NCBI RefSeq assembly: GCF_006345805.1
Contig: NC_043016.1
Coordinates: 14,260,001-14,324,000 of the forward strand
Origin: Octopus sinensis
Taxonomy: Eukaryota
Direction: 5' to 3'
Length of the DNA stretch: 64,000 nucleotides
Shown: one piece after another, positions 50,020-63,982 of the stretch
Numbering within the stretch: the first letter of the stretch is position 1
How the letters are laid out: every line of letters begins with the position of its first letter
Position numbers and translations under genes: made by a program
Notes under the pieces: generated by a model
What the model was told of the DNA's origin: nothing
What the model saw: only the letters and a program-made list of their open reading frames with translations
Database searches by the model: none

Positions 50020-53000
50020 GTGTGTGTGTGTGTGTGTGTGTGTGCATGTGTCCCTCCACCACCACCACCACTTGACAACTGATGCTGGTGTGTTTACAAC
50101 CCTGAAACTTAGCAATTCTGCAAAAGTGACCAACAGGATGAGTACCAGGCTTTAAGTAACAAAATGTGGTCAATACATTCGTCTAAAAATTCTTAAAGGT
50201 GGTGCCCCAGCATGGCCATATTCTAATGCCCAAAACAAGTTAAAAACCACTACCCTTTCATAACAATTGCAAAACTCCTCTTGGATTATTCTTATTTTTC
50301 TCAAGCAAACCACTGCTCATTTCATTGGACATTAATTTTTCTTTCTCGTAATTAGATATTATTAGTAGGAACTTAATTTAAAATACTTTCTTTTTAATAT
50401 TTTCATAATTCATTTAATTTTTGTGGCAATTTCTTTGTCAAGAGCATTATTTTGTTCCCTCCTTTTAATTGATCCCTACAACAATGGCTTGTACTTCTGA
50501 AAACTCATTCTCTTTTAAACACATTTATTTTCTTCTGAAGACCAGCACTCTCTCTTTTACTCTCTTTTACTCTTTTACTTGTTTCAGTCATTTGACTGCG
50601 GCCATGCTGGAGCACCGCCTTTAATCGAGCAACTCGACCCCGGGACTTATTCTTTGAAAGCCCAGTACTTATTCTATTGGTCTCTTTTTGCCGAATCGCT
50701 AAGTGACGGGGACATAAACACACCAGCATCAGTTGTCAAGCAATGCTAGGGGGACAAACACAGACACACAAACATACACACACACATATATATATACATA
50801 TATCCGACAGGCTTCTTTCAGTTTCCATCTACCAAATCCACTCACAAGGCATTGGTTGGCCCGAGGCTATAGCAGAAAACACTTGCCCAAGATGCCACGC
50901 AGTGGGACTGAACCCGGAACCAAGTGGTTGGTAAGCAAGCTACTTACCACACAGCCACTTCTGCACCTATGAACTCGTGAACTTTCCAGAACTTTTGAGG
51001 TGGGAGATAGTTATTCTTAGATTGGTGGTCTAACCCAAATAAACAAAAGTGTATATCACTTAAGGCATCAAAAAAAAAAAAATGCAGTGGGTATACTATT
51101 TCTAAAAATAAAATTTTCAAAATACTCTCTAATTGGGACACCAACTTTGTCTCGTTCAGCAGCACCAAAACACATCTGCTACATATATGAAGGAAATGCA
51201 CAATGTTATACCTTCCAATGAGCAACACATAACATTTGTACTTAAAAGTATCTGTATGTCTCAGTGGAAATATGTCAACATCTTAGATAAGATGCATAGC
51301 TCTGATTTCCTCATTGTCTTATTTCTTCAAGTATTTGCTTTGAGCATTTGAGTCTAAGAATATTTCTGACTTCCAAATATAGGTGCTATGGAAACTACTA
51401 GCATTCAACACTATTCAGGAATCAGGAATGTATTTTCAGATGACACTTGTGAAGACCTGTTGAGGCAAGTGAGAATCGAATCGAATCGAATCAAATCAAA
51501 TCAAATCGAACCAAATCAAAATGGATGAACATCAATGGAATTTGTATCCTTGTGGTACCAGTGCCGGTGGCACATAAGAAAACCATCCGAACGTGATCGT
51601 AGCCAGTACCGCAACGACTGGCCTCCGTGCTGAGGGCACGTAACAAACACCATCCAAGCGTGGCCGTCCGCCAGCCCCGTCTGGCACCTGTGTCGGTGAC
51701 ACATAAGAAAACACCATCCGAGCGTGGCCGTCAGCCAGCCTCGTCTGGCACCTGTGTCGGTGGCACATAAAAAAACACCATCCGAGCGTGGCCGTCTGCC
51801 AGCCTCGTCTGGCACCTGTGTCGGTGGCACATAAAATCACCCACTACACTCTCGGAGTGGTTGGCGTTAGGAAGGGCATCCAGCTGTAGAAACACTGCCA
51901 GATCTGACTGGCCTGGTGCAGCCTTCGGGCTTGCCAGACCCCAGTTGAACCGTCCAACCCATGCTAGCATGGAAAGCGGACGTTAAACGATGATGATGAT
52001 GAATGTGCAAGAAATAGACATTTCTTAAATGCTCAGGAAGATCCTTAAATATATTAGTTAGTTTCTGTAACCTAGGTGACCTAATTATCAGTGAAGGAGG
52101 ATGTTCTGAAAGCATAGTTGTTGGAATAAGAGTAGGATGGAGAAAGTTCAGAGAACTATACCCTTTGTTGGTAATGCAAACTCTTTCTCAGAGTAAAAGG
52201 CCGATTGCATGATGCCTGTGTATGAACAGCAATGCTACATGGTGGTAAAACCTGAGCCATGAATGCAGAGCACATGTAGTAGTGACCTCTTTCAATACTA
52301 TACCCCAAACAGTTGACGGGTTTCGCATGAATTACTTGGTAAACTCCACTTGATGCTCTGTAAAATGTACCCAGTGTACTCTGTGAGGTGGTTGGCATCA
52401 GGAAGGGCATCCAAACATTCATGCAGTCATTTTGTTTATCAGCTCCTGTCTCCTATCAAATCATCTAACTCATGCCAGCATGGAAAAATGGACATCAAAT
52501 GATGATGATGACAACAATGGCGATGACAATGGTTATGATGCTGATGATGAAGGACTTTTCAGATGACTTATTTTTTCAGTATAATTTGATATACTGTTGC
52601 TGATCAGTTCTGCCCAATGTTATAGGCATTTGACTTTTCCTTCCTTAACACAACATTGATGATGAAAATCATAGTTTAAGCAGAGTTTTGCCTGTTAGTT
52701 TCCAGTTTGCTAATATTTTAACATCTGCTTCTGTGCTCTCCACCAAAACATCAAGGAATGACAATTAGTTTTCTTATTCCAAAATAAACTGGATTAATGT
52801 GTGTAGTGAGTTCATTTGGTTTATAAAAACTCAATCATCTCTTTGATGTTATTTTATGTTAAAGATATTATGCATCTATCTTAACAAAGCTACAGGTCTC
52901 ATAGTTGTAATTCCTAGATTTATTCAGTCATAATATTTCATTCTCTCCCTCCTTTACCATTCTAATCTCTCCTACCAACAGCATTATTCTGTTATCTTTC

Positions 53001-54403
53001 TTTCTATATCATTTGATGTGAGACTTGTAATTAACCAAGCTGTTAAGGTTCTGATCTTGCAACCTTTGCCAACAGTTTATATTCTGTAACCAGCACTGAA
53101 CAAAGGGTTATACAACATTATTCCTGATAGAATAACTTAAATCTCCATGTAGCTCAGTCCACCTAGTTGAAAGTAGGTACCATGAGTTGGTGCTCATGTA
53201 AACAATAGGAATATTATATTAGCAAACATTTCACTTGGTAACCTGCTGGTCTCTTCAGGTGTGTGTGTGTGTTCTGTAGCTGACACAATGACATATCCTT
53301 GACAAAGGTAGTTAAACTCAGTTTATCTTGCTGAAAACATCTACTGGCAAAGTTCAGTTGACTGTTGTGGATTGTAGGAATAACTTTGTAACCAACCTGT
53401 ATTTTTCTGCTTTATAATTGTGAGATCTGATAATTCTGTGGGTTGTGTTTAACCCTTTAGCATTTAAACCGACCATATCTATCTGAAATATTCTACCTGT
53501 TTTATGTTTAAACTGATAAGATTCAGCTTCTCACACCTACCCAATAATGCCATTCTAAAAATGTTCAATCACAACATGAACATTCTGGAGCCATGACGTA
53601 ATATGTGATTAATTCAAAACATCAATAAAATACATCTGACAGAGTAATCTGAAAACTGAAAGGTTAAAAAGGAAAATATTTTAAGCTTGTTGCCTTCCTT
53701 TACATATATTACTGGTACCCTTAATCTGTTGTCCAGTTCCACTTGGCTTTTAGTTACAGTCCACTCTCTGATAAGTTTTCTGATAAAGTTCCACTTTCTT
53801 CCCACAAATCCTAGAAATGCTGAAATGAGTTGTGGGCACTATCCTTTCTTCAATGACTAATCAAAAATAAACAAAAAATTCATGAAACATTGGCAAAGGT
53901 GTAGTTATGTGGTTGAGAAGCTTGCTTACCAACTATGTGGTCATGGGTTCAGTCCCACCGCATGACACCTTGGGCAGGTGTCTTCTATCATAACCCTCAG
54001 GTCGACCAATGCCTTGTGAGTAGATTTGGTTGATGGAAACTGAAAGAAGACCATTGTGTGTATGTGTTTTGGTGTTTGTCCACCACCACTCTGCTTCACA
54101 ACCAGTGACGGTTTGTTTATGTCCCTATATGAATAAGTGCAAGGTTTAAAAGAATATCGGGGTCCATTTTGTTCAACTAAACCCTCCAAGGTGATGCCCC
54201 AGCATGGCCACAGTCCAGTGACTAAAACAAGTAAAGTATATAAACTGTAACAAATGTCATCAGTGGTACCACAATATGTTATGCACCATTCTTCTATTAT
54301 TTATGTTGATTATTGATTATTGATTGATTAATATCATACAGACAGATTGTAATGTACAATTTTGCTTTTTTTTTTTTTTACTTTGTTTTCTGTTAAATAT
54401 TAG

Positions 54404-54633
54404 ATAACTCCAAGTCTGTTGATGAGTATTGGTCCAGAACTATTAAGAACTTCTATCTTGGATAAATCTTCGTGCCTTAGAATTTTAGCTTTTGGTGGTG
54501 AAAAATTTCCATCATTGGATCTAATTAAAAAATGTCGGGCTGAAGGCAATATGACAACGTTTTTCAATTTATACGGTATAACAGAAGTTTCTTGTTGGTC
54601 AACATTTTATCAAGTCACAGATTCTGATTTTGC
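54404..54633 (+). CDS. AASDH: AASDH coding exon 6 (ITPSLL...LAFGGEKFP...NLYGITEVSCW), A5 motif
   Basis: Acceptor ATTAG|, donor GC|GTAAGT. 230 nt, phase 0 to 2. Contains the GGE and YGITE motifs. Confidence 0.95.
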
Positions 54634-54999
54634 GTAAGTATAACCTGAATTCAATCATCTTTGTCATTGTCAATATTATTGTTATTGTCATTGCCATTCT
54701 CATCATCATCATCATCATTCCTGATCCGCCATAGGAAGTAAGTGTTCTGACTAGTAATAAAGAAACTTCCATTGCAAATTGTATTGCATTATTGGTATTG
54801 CTCAGGTTAGGAAAGATGAATGTTATGAGATGCTACTAGAAGACTGTGAAATTGCTAGTTGGAATGCAGTACATTTTCTTACAGAAACTGTATGTAGAGA
54901 TTTTGTTGGAACCAGACTGTGACAGTGGCTGCTGTCAATTCGCATTGATCATCATCAAGGAAATACCAACTTGAAAGAAATCCAGTCATTGGAACCAGT

Positions 55000-55570
55000 C
55001 ATTGGATATGACTGAAAAGGAATGATGAAATGTGGCTGGAGAGATGATGTACAGGTGTGAGACATGTACCTGTCTGATTATATTGTAAGTTAAACCTGCA
55101 TGACATCACAATTTGAATGGTGCTAATGATCCAGAAATGGATGTAGGATTGAGTTGTGGTGAAAGTCATTGACACTCCTGTGGGATTGGAAAATTGGACC
55201 AGTTGAACTCTTATGAAGAGTAGCATATTGGTTGAGATGAAAGAAGTTGTAGGAATTGTTGAGAGTTCCTGGAAGCTGTGGGAAGTCATTGAGATCATTG
55301 AGAGTTTGTATCGTGTTTAGTTGAGTAATTTGAAGTACATCGTGTGAAGACAGTTGTGTCTATCCCTGCTTTGGGAAATCTGTATAGTCAATGTATAGAA
55401 GGATATAAAAGATTGAATACTAGTCAGGTACAGCCTCACATCAGTGAGGAGTGTGTCCACTGTGCTGTAAAGCCATCAAGAAGAAGGCCCCCAGAATGGT
55501 TCACATTCTCTCCTTATGTCTTCTTCCGTATTCAGTATGTGGAGCCTTCAACAGGCTGCCCTTGTACAAG
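55000..55570 (-). mobile_element. Degenerate Penelope-like RT fragment
   Basis: Frameshifted remnants resemble the RT C-terminal LHPFLD and following motifs. Confidence 0.45.
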
Positions 55571-57630
55571 CTAACTGTTTTCAAGTCTTTATTCTGGGTT
55601 TTAAATTGATTGAGATGTAATGCTGCATAAACGAGATAATTTGGTAGTTTGAATTATATAAGAGACAGAATGAAGATAAATCATTTAGTAAAATAGCTAA
55701 TTAACACATGCATTAGTTACTGCTGATGACAAATATTACACAAGAATAAAGATTTCAGCAAACCAAATCTCTATCTTTGCTTTGTTCTTGATTGTAGCTC
55801 TTTTAATTCATTTTCACTTTCGGGAAAGGGACAGATGCCAAAACTTCATATTTACCTCTCCTAACTCCAACAGTCTTACCACACCTTCAGGAATACCCTC
55901 CTTTGGTATATTCAATGTTTGTAACATAGTAAATAAAATTCAGAAACAGATATACCACAATGTTTGATTTCTCTATGCTTTCTGGATATTTAGATATTTC
56001 CTCCTTATAATATTTTAAAAATCTTATATTAATAACTTTTCCGTCTCTTCTTTCACAAACAATACTTCCCATTTGAAGTTATTCTTAATACATCTAGATC
56101 ATTGTTATCTCATTTAATTTTATCTTTTATCTTTTACAATTAATTTTCCTTCATTAGATTTTGACTAATTTTTGTTGAACAATAATATAATTGAATTAAT
56201 CTGAGCTACACATTGCTAATACATATTACATTAGTTCTGAAGAGATCTGGAATCAGAATGTTTCTCAACTTAACTAATTACTGTAAAACATTGAACCAGT
56301 TATGCCAAGTACACAACATATATTTTCTGTTATTCTCTCATACAAGTTCCTCTCCTCAAATGCTCCTGCCTCTCTCAAAATTCCTTGTCTTGCAAGTTAT
56401 TTGGTGACCCTGCTAGTACTGGTGGCACAAAAAAAACAAAACATTCAGTCCACACTGTAAAGTGGTTGGCATTTGGAAGGACATCCAGCTGTAAAAATCA
56501 TGCCAAAACTGACCTTGCCTATGTTGGTGCCACGTAAAACGCTCTGAGTCCACTCTGCAGAGTGGTTGGTGTTAGGAAGGGCATCCAGTCATAAAACCCC
56601 TTCCAAAACAGACACAGTAGCCTAGGGTAATTTTTCTACCTGGCTGGCTCCTGTCAGCTATCCTACCCATGCATGTATGGTGGATGAACGTTAAACGATG
56701 ATGGTGATTCTCATCTTAAATGTCTACCTTATGTTCATACAGAGAGCTTCTTTTATTAACCAAATGATAAAACTACTTCAACTGCCTGCTATATTCTGTT
56801 CACATAATTAGAACTACCAGGCTGGAAGTGATGGTTTTTTTAAAATCCTAATTCAGCATTCACTTGAGGAGATTAACAATGTAATATTTTGGGAAACATG
56901 ATATTCAGTTGTAGTCATGTGATTGACCTGTTTAGTCATTGCTGACTAAGTCTTATGTTTCCCCAGCACCAATTCCATTTTCTCCATAACTACTGTTGTC
57001 AGCATCAATATACAGATGGATGAATCTCTAAATAATTGATCAGTCTGCTAGAAAATATGAACAAATAGATTGATTTCAAATTACACATTGCCATCTTTAA
57101 AAAAAAAATGATGTTTTAGATAGCGCAATCCAAAATACACTAAGAATACAAGACGAGGTGGTCATAGCTGGAAAGCCTTTGATCAATTCAATATTCAATC
57201 AAAGTTAAACTACTGTTACAAAAAAAAAACCCAACAAAATAAATATTTGAAGATTATATTTGTGAAATATGTCTATGAAACATTTAAACATAACGAGGGA
57301 ACAGTTTTACTCTATAATTAAATAAATCATTGAAGAAAAGAACTTGTTAGTGTTATGATAACAAACATTTCTTTTTCTTTGATGGGATTAAGTTTACTTA
57401 TCTATTTATTTATTTATTTATTTTGCTAAATTGATTTCTCAAGTGATTTCATAATTTTAGTCTTAATTGTGTCATGCTGACCTATTTTCTCCAAATGAAT
57501 GAAATTCCATTTATTTTTGTGTTTCTTTTTAATGTATTTACAAATTCATTATTATCTCCATCATATTATTACTGGCATTGATGAACAGGAAATTAGTGTG
57601 TACACACACACATGCATATGTATATAAGTA

Positions 57631-57859
57631 CAGGAGTGGCCAAAAGTCACCCGACACTAAATCAAAATTCCATAAATACTATCTGTAATTCTGTATTGAC
57701 TTGAATGGAAGCATGTGTCGCTCAAGAAGGACTTCAGTTTGAACAATTTTCATGATGTTTCATATTTAGATGCTTTTATTAAATTCGTTCAGTTGTTAAA
57801 CAAAATTCTTGGAATTAAATGATTTTCATTTACTGTCAGGTGACTTTTGGCCAACCCTG
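57631..57859. mobile_element. Tc1/mariner-type MITE
   Basis: TIR CAGGAGTGGCCAAAAGTCACC / GGTGACTTTTGGCCAACCCTG flanked by TA on both sides. Confidence 0.85.
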
Positions 57860-58876
57860 TACATATGTACTTCACGATAGTAATCATAAAATCATTGCAT
57901 GTATTGGTATATGTTTTCAAGTATTTATTATTATTTAATGTCCATGTTCCATGTTGGCATGGGTTGGAAGTTTCTACAGGATCCTATGAGTCAGAAAACT
58001 GCAATGAACTCCAATGTGTTCATTGACATGGTTTCAACAGTTGGATGCCCTTCCTAACAAAGTGTGTATTGGGTGCATTTTTCATGGCATTGGCCCTAAT
58101 AAGTCTCCAAGTAACCCACAAGAGAAGAACCATTTTACCTTAGAGCGGTTGACTTATTGAAGGAGGTGGCAAAATACCAGGGGTAGAGAGATTAAAGTGA
58201 GATAGAGGGACAAGAACAGGTGTCTTGTTGTAGAGTATGGTTACCCCAGCAGTAATGGGAGAAAAGATGGTAGAGATGAAGTGTCAGAGTATACCCTCAA
58301 GATACAGGAAGATGAATGAAGAGAGAATAAGGACAAAGAAACGAGGACGGCTGGTAGAGTGTTGTGAGAGAAGCAAAGAAGAGAGACAGGTTGAGGCATG
58401 AGTCTCAGTTTGGAATGGAATGATAAATGGCAATAGATATGGGGGAGCAGTGGGAGGTAACAGTATCATAGATAGATGAGAAATAGGGAAATAATGTGAA
58501 TTAGGTAGAGGAGAGACAGAGATGCACAGTGGCAGAGATAGAGGTTAGAGTCACATAGGGATGGATATAGTGAGTGACAAATGAAGGTGGATTGCACTGT
58601 TGATGATAGATACAAATGAGCAGGCAGTTGAAAATAAATTGGTATGGGATGATATTTAGAATGTGGAATGGGTAACAAGGGAAGTGGTTCCAAGGAGAGA
58701 GAGAGAGAGAGAGAGAAATGGCAGCAGAAAAGTGAGGCTGGAATATGTACAGTTTTGCTCTCATATAATGAAACTGAGGGATCAGTGCTGCAGTTGGAAG
58801 TGCAATGGAGGCATGGGAGTTATGAAAATGATTTATGGAAAAGACTTGACAAGTAAACGGAGCATAGACATAAATG

Positions 58877-59131
58877 CAGGGTTGTGGAGTCAGAAACAAT
58901 TAAGGGGTAGCTGGAGTCGGAATCAGTAAAACTATACTGACTCCGACATCTTTATTCTTTAATATAAACCAGTTATAACATAATAGGACTACTCAAAGTA
59001 CAAGTGTATGAATATGCTTTATGAGATATGTAGACCAGAATCACTTAATTACATAAAGAAGAGTCAGAGTCAGAAGTACCAATAGTAGAGGAGTCAGAGT
59101 CAAAGGTTTTTGTTTTGACTCCACAGCCCTA
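58877..59131. mobile_element. MITE with GGAGTC subterminal repeats
   Basis: TIR CAGGGTTGTGGAGTC / GACTCCACAGCCCTA. TSD not evident. Confidence 0.55.
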
Positions 59132-60499
59132 ATTTTTGTTGAAGTTGATGGTTAGACAGGTGTTCTGGAGTCATTTTGCTGAGTTGGGTGAGTTTATTTA
59201 TGTAATCTGTACATTTTGCTGATGCTTAACTCCGGATTAGTCACAATTAATCATATAATCAAAGGCATTCCAGTCTTGACCTTTCCAGGTCATTTTTTGA
59301 AGGAGACAATGTATCTAGGCACACATTTTGGAATGTGTTCTATCATATTTTTAGTCAGCAAAGTGTAATTTGAGGAAGATTTGTCTATTGTTTCTAGCTA
59401 GTTAAGTGATTGCACCAAGGCTTCCTGATATTGATATTCAGTACCCCAGTCAACCCTTCTCAAGTAAATTTAAGGCACATTAGTATTTGGTTTAAAAGCT
59501 AAATACAATCTGCAGACATATGTAGCATATCCCCAATGGTTGATAATTACACTGTGGGTTCAGTCCCACAGCCTGGTACTTTGAACAAATTATCATCATC
59601 ATCATCAACTGTCTTTTACTATAGCCCCAGGGCAACCAAAATTTTGTGAGTGGATTTGGTAAATGGAAACTGAAAGAAGCTCTTCATGTGTGTGTGTGCA
59701 TGCGCACATGTGTGTGTGTTAGTGTGTGTGTGTCCGTGTCTCCTTGTCTTGACATTGTGTGACAGTTGTAAAATGGTTGTCGCTGTCATTCAAGCAATGT
59801 CATTCATTTCCAATATTGTGCAAGAACATATCCAGCTATGAAGAAATATTACCTTGTTTGGAAACATTTGAAGATTAGCAAACAGGAAGGGTATCTAGCT
59901 ATAGAAAGTCTGGCTTAGTAAATTCCATCTGACCCATTCAAGCATGGGAAAATGTAATTTTAAAAAATGATGAAAGTTATGATGAAGCAGTGAGGAAATC
60001 TAGGTATAAGATGTTTTCATATGTTTTAGTGTAAGCACATTGATGTTTACGTGTTGTTACATATGTGTGTGTTTATAATACACAAGTTGAATTTCAGTTA
60101 CCTGGGGACATATTGCAGGTGTACAACAAGATAAATGAAATTTAACTGAATAACAATTTAAATAGTGAACATTATTTTAATCCTTTAGCAATCAGATTAC
60201 TCTGTCAAATGTAACATTTATTTATTCATATTGTCTTGAATTGACATGTAAGAAGCACCAACCGATCATGGCCGTTTGCCAGCCTCCTCTGGCTCCTGTG
60301 CCGGTGACACATAAAAAGCACCCACTGCACTCATAGAGTGGTTGGCGTTAGAAAGGGCATCCAGCTGTGGAAACACTGCCAGATCAGGCTGGAGCCTGGT
60401 GCAGCCTCCTGGCTTCCCAGACCCTGGTCGAACCATCCAACCCATGCCAGCATGGAAAACGGACATTAAACGATGATGCTGATGATGATCATCATCATC

Positions 60500-61140
60500 C
60501 AGTGTTTTAAATCCGGGTTTTGTCCCCGTTAACGAGGGGGGCTGGATCTACCTCAATGCCATAGCAACTGCCCTTACACCATCTCGCCATCTTGCCTGGT
60601 ATTGGGCATCCTCCCTTCTCAAACCAACCCCCCCAATTGCCTCCTCCACCTGTCCCCTCCACCTTTTCCTCGGTCTACCTCGCTTTCACACTCCATTTAC
60701 CTCAAACTCTAGCACCCTCTTCAGAACATGCTCCTCGTCCCTCCTCAACACATGCCCATACCACCACACTCCATTCACCCTTGCCAACCATTCCACCGAT
60801 TCCTCCAACCCCAGCATTCCCTTCAAGACCTCAGTCCTCCTCTTATCAAACAACTTCACGCCACACATTTCTCTCACCATTGCTCTCTCAGTCCTTCTCA
60901 AAATTACCATCTCTCTCTCCCTCAGACACCATATTTCACTCCCATACAGCATTGCAGCTCTCACACAACTCCTATAGACCCTTCCTTTCATCTTTAATGA
61001 GAACCTTTTCCCATATAACAATGCTCCACATTCCCTAAACTTCACCCAGCCAAGTCTTGCTCTTGCTGTCACAGCTGCGTCACATTCACCGCTTACATCC
61101 ACCCAATCTCCTAATTAACAAAACCCTCTCACCGTTTACT
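60500..61140 (-). mobile_element. RTE LINE 3' fragment (second family) in AASDH intron 6
   Basis: ARARLGWVKFRE..KGRVYRSCVRAAMLYGSEIW..WYGHVLRRDEEHVLKRVL (61102-60686). Confidence 0.85.
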
Positions 61141-61546
61141 CCTCATCGCATAGCGTTTTCACTGGTTCTGCCATGCATTATCTCATAGCTTCAAGATTTC
61201 AATGTTGTGATTGTTTGGTTTTAGAATGACATTGTAGGATAGGTGTAAGAAGCTGGATCTGGCCAGTCTGAATATAAAGTAGGTAAAATATTTTAGTTGG
61301 ATATGGTTGGTTTCAGTGCTAAAGGGTTGTTAAGGTAAATTTGAATATTTTCCAAAATTTTTGGAATGTAATAAATTTTGAAACATTCAAAAAATTTTCA
61401 AATGTTGTGTCAATCTTAACACCTGTTGAGTAATGATTGGAAATGTTCCTTTGAACAACATTCCTTGATAGGTGAGGTATTTATCTCACTCATTTTCTTT
61501 TACCTTTATTAATCATTAGATTACAACTTCATTTCTTTTTTCACAG

Positions 61547-61656
61547 TTCAAATCAGTCAGAAGTTCCACTTGGAGAATCCTTGAGTGATACCACTACAAT
61601 GGTTATTAACGATGATGGCCATGTTTTATCAGAAGGTTGTGGATGGTTATATACAG
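61547..61656 (+). CDS. AASDH: AASDH coding exon 7 (SNQSEVPLGESLSDTTTMVINDDGHVLSEGCGWLYTG)
   Basis: Acceptor TTTTTCACAG|, donor AG|GTACAG. 110 nt, phase 2 to 1. Corresponds to the A6 region. Confidence 0.92.
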
Positions 61657-62497
61657 GTACAGTTAGATATATTTCTATTGTCTTTGAGAGGAATCTGAAA
61701 GACACTCTAAAATATATTTCAGTTTATTTCACATTTCTCTTAGCTTTCTTCTTCTATAACCCTAAATGTTAAAATTAGTCCAGAACACCTCATTCTTAAA
61801 AACCATTCTTTTCCTTTTATAATTTCTAATATGTATTTGTTTCTTTAATGACATTCAGTTCAGATTTATATTACACTAAACATTTTGGTTTGGGTTCAGT
61901 ACCATTGCACAGCACTTTGGGCAAATATCTTGTATTATAGCCCCAGGCCACCCTAGGCTGATCAAAACCTTGTGAGTGGATTTGGTAGACAGAAGCTGAA
62001 AGAAGTCTGTCGTGTGTGTGTCATTGTGTTTGTTCCCCACCATTGCTTGGCAACCAGTGTTGGTGTGTTTGCATCCCTATAACTTAGCAGTTTGGCAAAA
62101 AAAAGTCCAATAGAATAAGTACCGGGTTTAAAAATTAAGCCCTGGAGTTGATTTATTCAACTAAAAACTTTCAAAGGTGGTGTTCCAGCATGGCCACAGT
62201 TCAATGACTGAAACAAGTAAAAGATAAAAGTATAAAAAATATATTACATAAATGTTAATTAACTTCTTAATTATTTCACTTTATATTGTTTTGGGAAAAT
62301 ATGAAGTCAGTATCATACCATTTCCACTTTTCTAAAATTTAATGACTTAGCACCTCAGAAGAATAAAATAAACAGCTTAGCTTCTGAACTACATGGTTCC
62401 AGGTTCAGTCCCTTGGGCAAGTGTCTTCTACCATAACCTCAGGCCTATCAAAAGCCTTGTGAGTAGATTTGATGGATGGAAATTGAAAGAAGCCTGT

Positions 62498-62547
<50 letters not shown>

Positions 62548-63309
62548 CACCAACATCAACATCATTTAATGTCCATTTTTCATGCTGGTTTGGGTTGGAC
62601 GGTTTGACAGAAGCTGGGCAGCTGAAGGGTTGTTCAGGCTCCATGTCTGTTTTGGCAGTGTTTCTGTAGCTGGATGCCCTTTCTAATGCCAACCACTTTA
62701 CAGAGTGTACTGGGTGCTTTTATGCAGCATTGGACACTAAACTCTGCTTGTGAAGACCTGTTGAGGCTAGTAAAATCAAAATCAAATTCGATGACTGGCA
62801 TCCATGTTAGTGGAGTACTAAGAGCACCATCTGAGAGTGATCATTGCCAGAGCAGCTAACTGGCTTCTGTGCCGGTGGCACATAAAAAGCATCATTCGAG
62901 CTTAATCGTTACCTGTGTCGCCTTACTGGCTCCTGTGCAGGTGGCACATAAAAACACCATTTGAGCGTGGCTGTTGCCAGTACTGCCTGACTGGCCCTTG
63001 TGCCAATGGCACGTAAAAGCACCCACTACACACTCGGAGTGGTTGGCGTTAGGAAGGGCATCCATCTGTAGAAACTCTGCCAGATCAGATTGGAGTCTGG
63101 TGTAGCCATCTGGTTTGCCAGTCCTCAGTCAAAATCGTCCAACCCATGCTAGCATGGAAAGCAGACGTTAAACGATGATGATGATAATGATATATATATA
63201 TATATCTTTACACACACACACACACACACACGCACAATTGAAAGTGTATGTATATACTTGGAAAATGCCAAAACTCCTAGTCTAAAAGATATAATTTTCT
63301 TCTTTTCAG

Positions 63310-63482
63310 GAAGTCTTAACCGTTTATGTTTCATAAATGATGAAGTAACTCCTGAGAATGGTTTGAGGAATACTGGAGACTTGGTTACCACTGATCAGTC
63401 TGGGAAAATATTCTTTCTTCACAGGAAGGATGAGCAGTTGAAAAGAAATGGTAAAAGACTGAATCTCCAAGAAATAGAACAT
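63310..63482 (+). CDS. AASDH: AASDH coding exon 8, A7 (TGDL) and A8 (RKDEQLKRNGKRLNLQEIE); gene continues beyond the window
   Basis: Acceptor TTTTCAG|, donor CAT|GTATGA. 173 nt, phase 1 to 0. Joined CDS of exons 1-8 is 1254 nt = 418 codons with no stop. The carrier and beta-propeller domains are not in the window. Confidence 0.95.
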
Positions 63483-63715
63483 GTATGAATACAAATTCTT
63501 CTTCTCTTCTCTTTTTCTTTTTTGCTCTTTTATATTTCTTGAAATGAATTTTTATTTTTTGAAGTAATAAGGTTCATATTAAGAAACACAAAGACCGTTA
63601 GATTCACTTAAACATTTAAATTTAATTTGTCAAAATATTTTCGTTGCTTTGGAACCGCGACCTGTTCACTGACAAAATTCCGTGCTGCCTTAATAATAAT
63701 AATAATAATAATAAT

Positions 63716-63948
63716 CAGGGAGCTGAGAAGTATATTAAGCCTTTCCTTGGTAACTCCAGTCTCCACGAACTACAAAAATAACATTGATGGGTACAACCTG
63801 TATACTAAAGAAAGCACTCCCCATCTAAAATGGAATAAATGTGGTGATAATTTTAGCACATATAGCAAAACATAAGTACCCTTGCTACTCTTGGCCACTG
63901 GAGGATACCCAGCATTAAGGCAGCTGAAATAAAGTTATAATGAAAGTA

Positions 63949-63950
<2 letters not shown>
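63716..63950 (+). mobile_element. 3' fragment of an R4/Dong-like (restriction-like endonuclease) LINE inside a (TAA)n tract
   Basis: Frameshifted HELQKITLMGTTCILKKALPI* C-terminus, with (AAT)n on both sides. Confidence 0.5.

Positions 63951-63982
<32 letters not shown>

Larger units (their letters stand above)
5290..62520. repeat. Dispersed tRNA-derived SINE family, about 15 or more copies (near-full: 42905-43350-, 43970-44330+, 49810-50240+, 50560-50965-, 53900-54240+, 61880-62230+)
   Basis: Head GGCTGTGTGGTAAG..GGTTCAGTCCCAC (A/B-box-like), internal (TA/TG)n, tail GACTGAAACAAGTAAAAG. Confidence 0.85.
1..63190. repeat. Dispersed RTE 3'-end repeat family, over 20 copies on both strands (e.g. 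1-135+, 3870-4260-, 17440-17760-, 19560-19800-, 20020-20420+, 39030-39500-, 48288-48475+, 48700-48820-, 51440-52010+, 60255-60500+, 62545-62740-, 62750-63190+)
   Basis: Shared core GGAGTGGTTGGCGTTAGGAAGGGCATCCAGCTGTAGAAAC and ATG/GAT tail. Confidence 0.85.
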
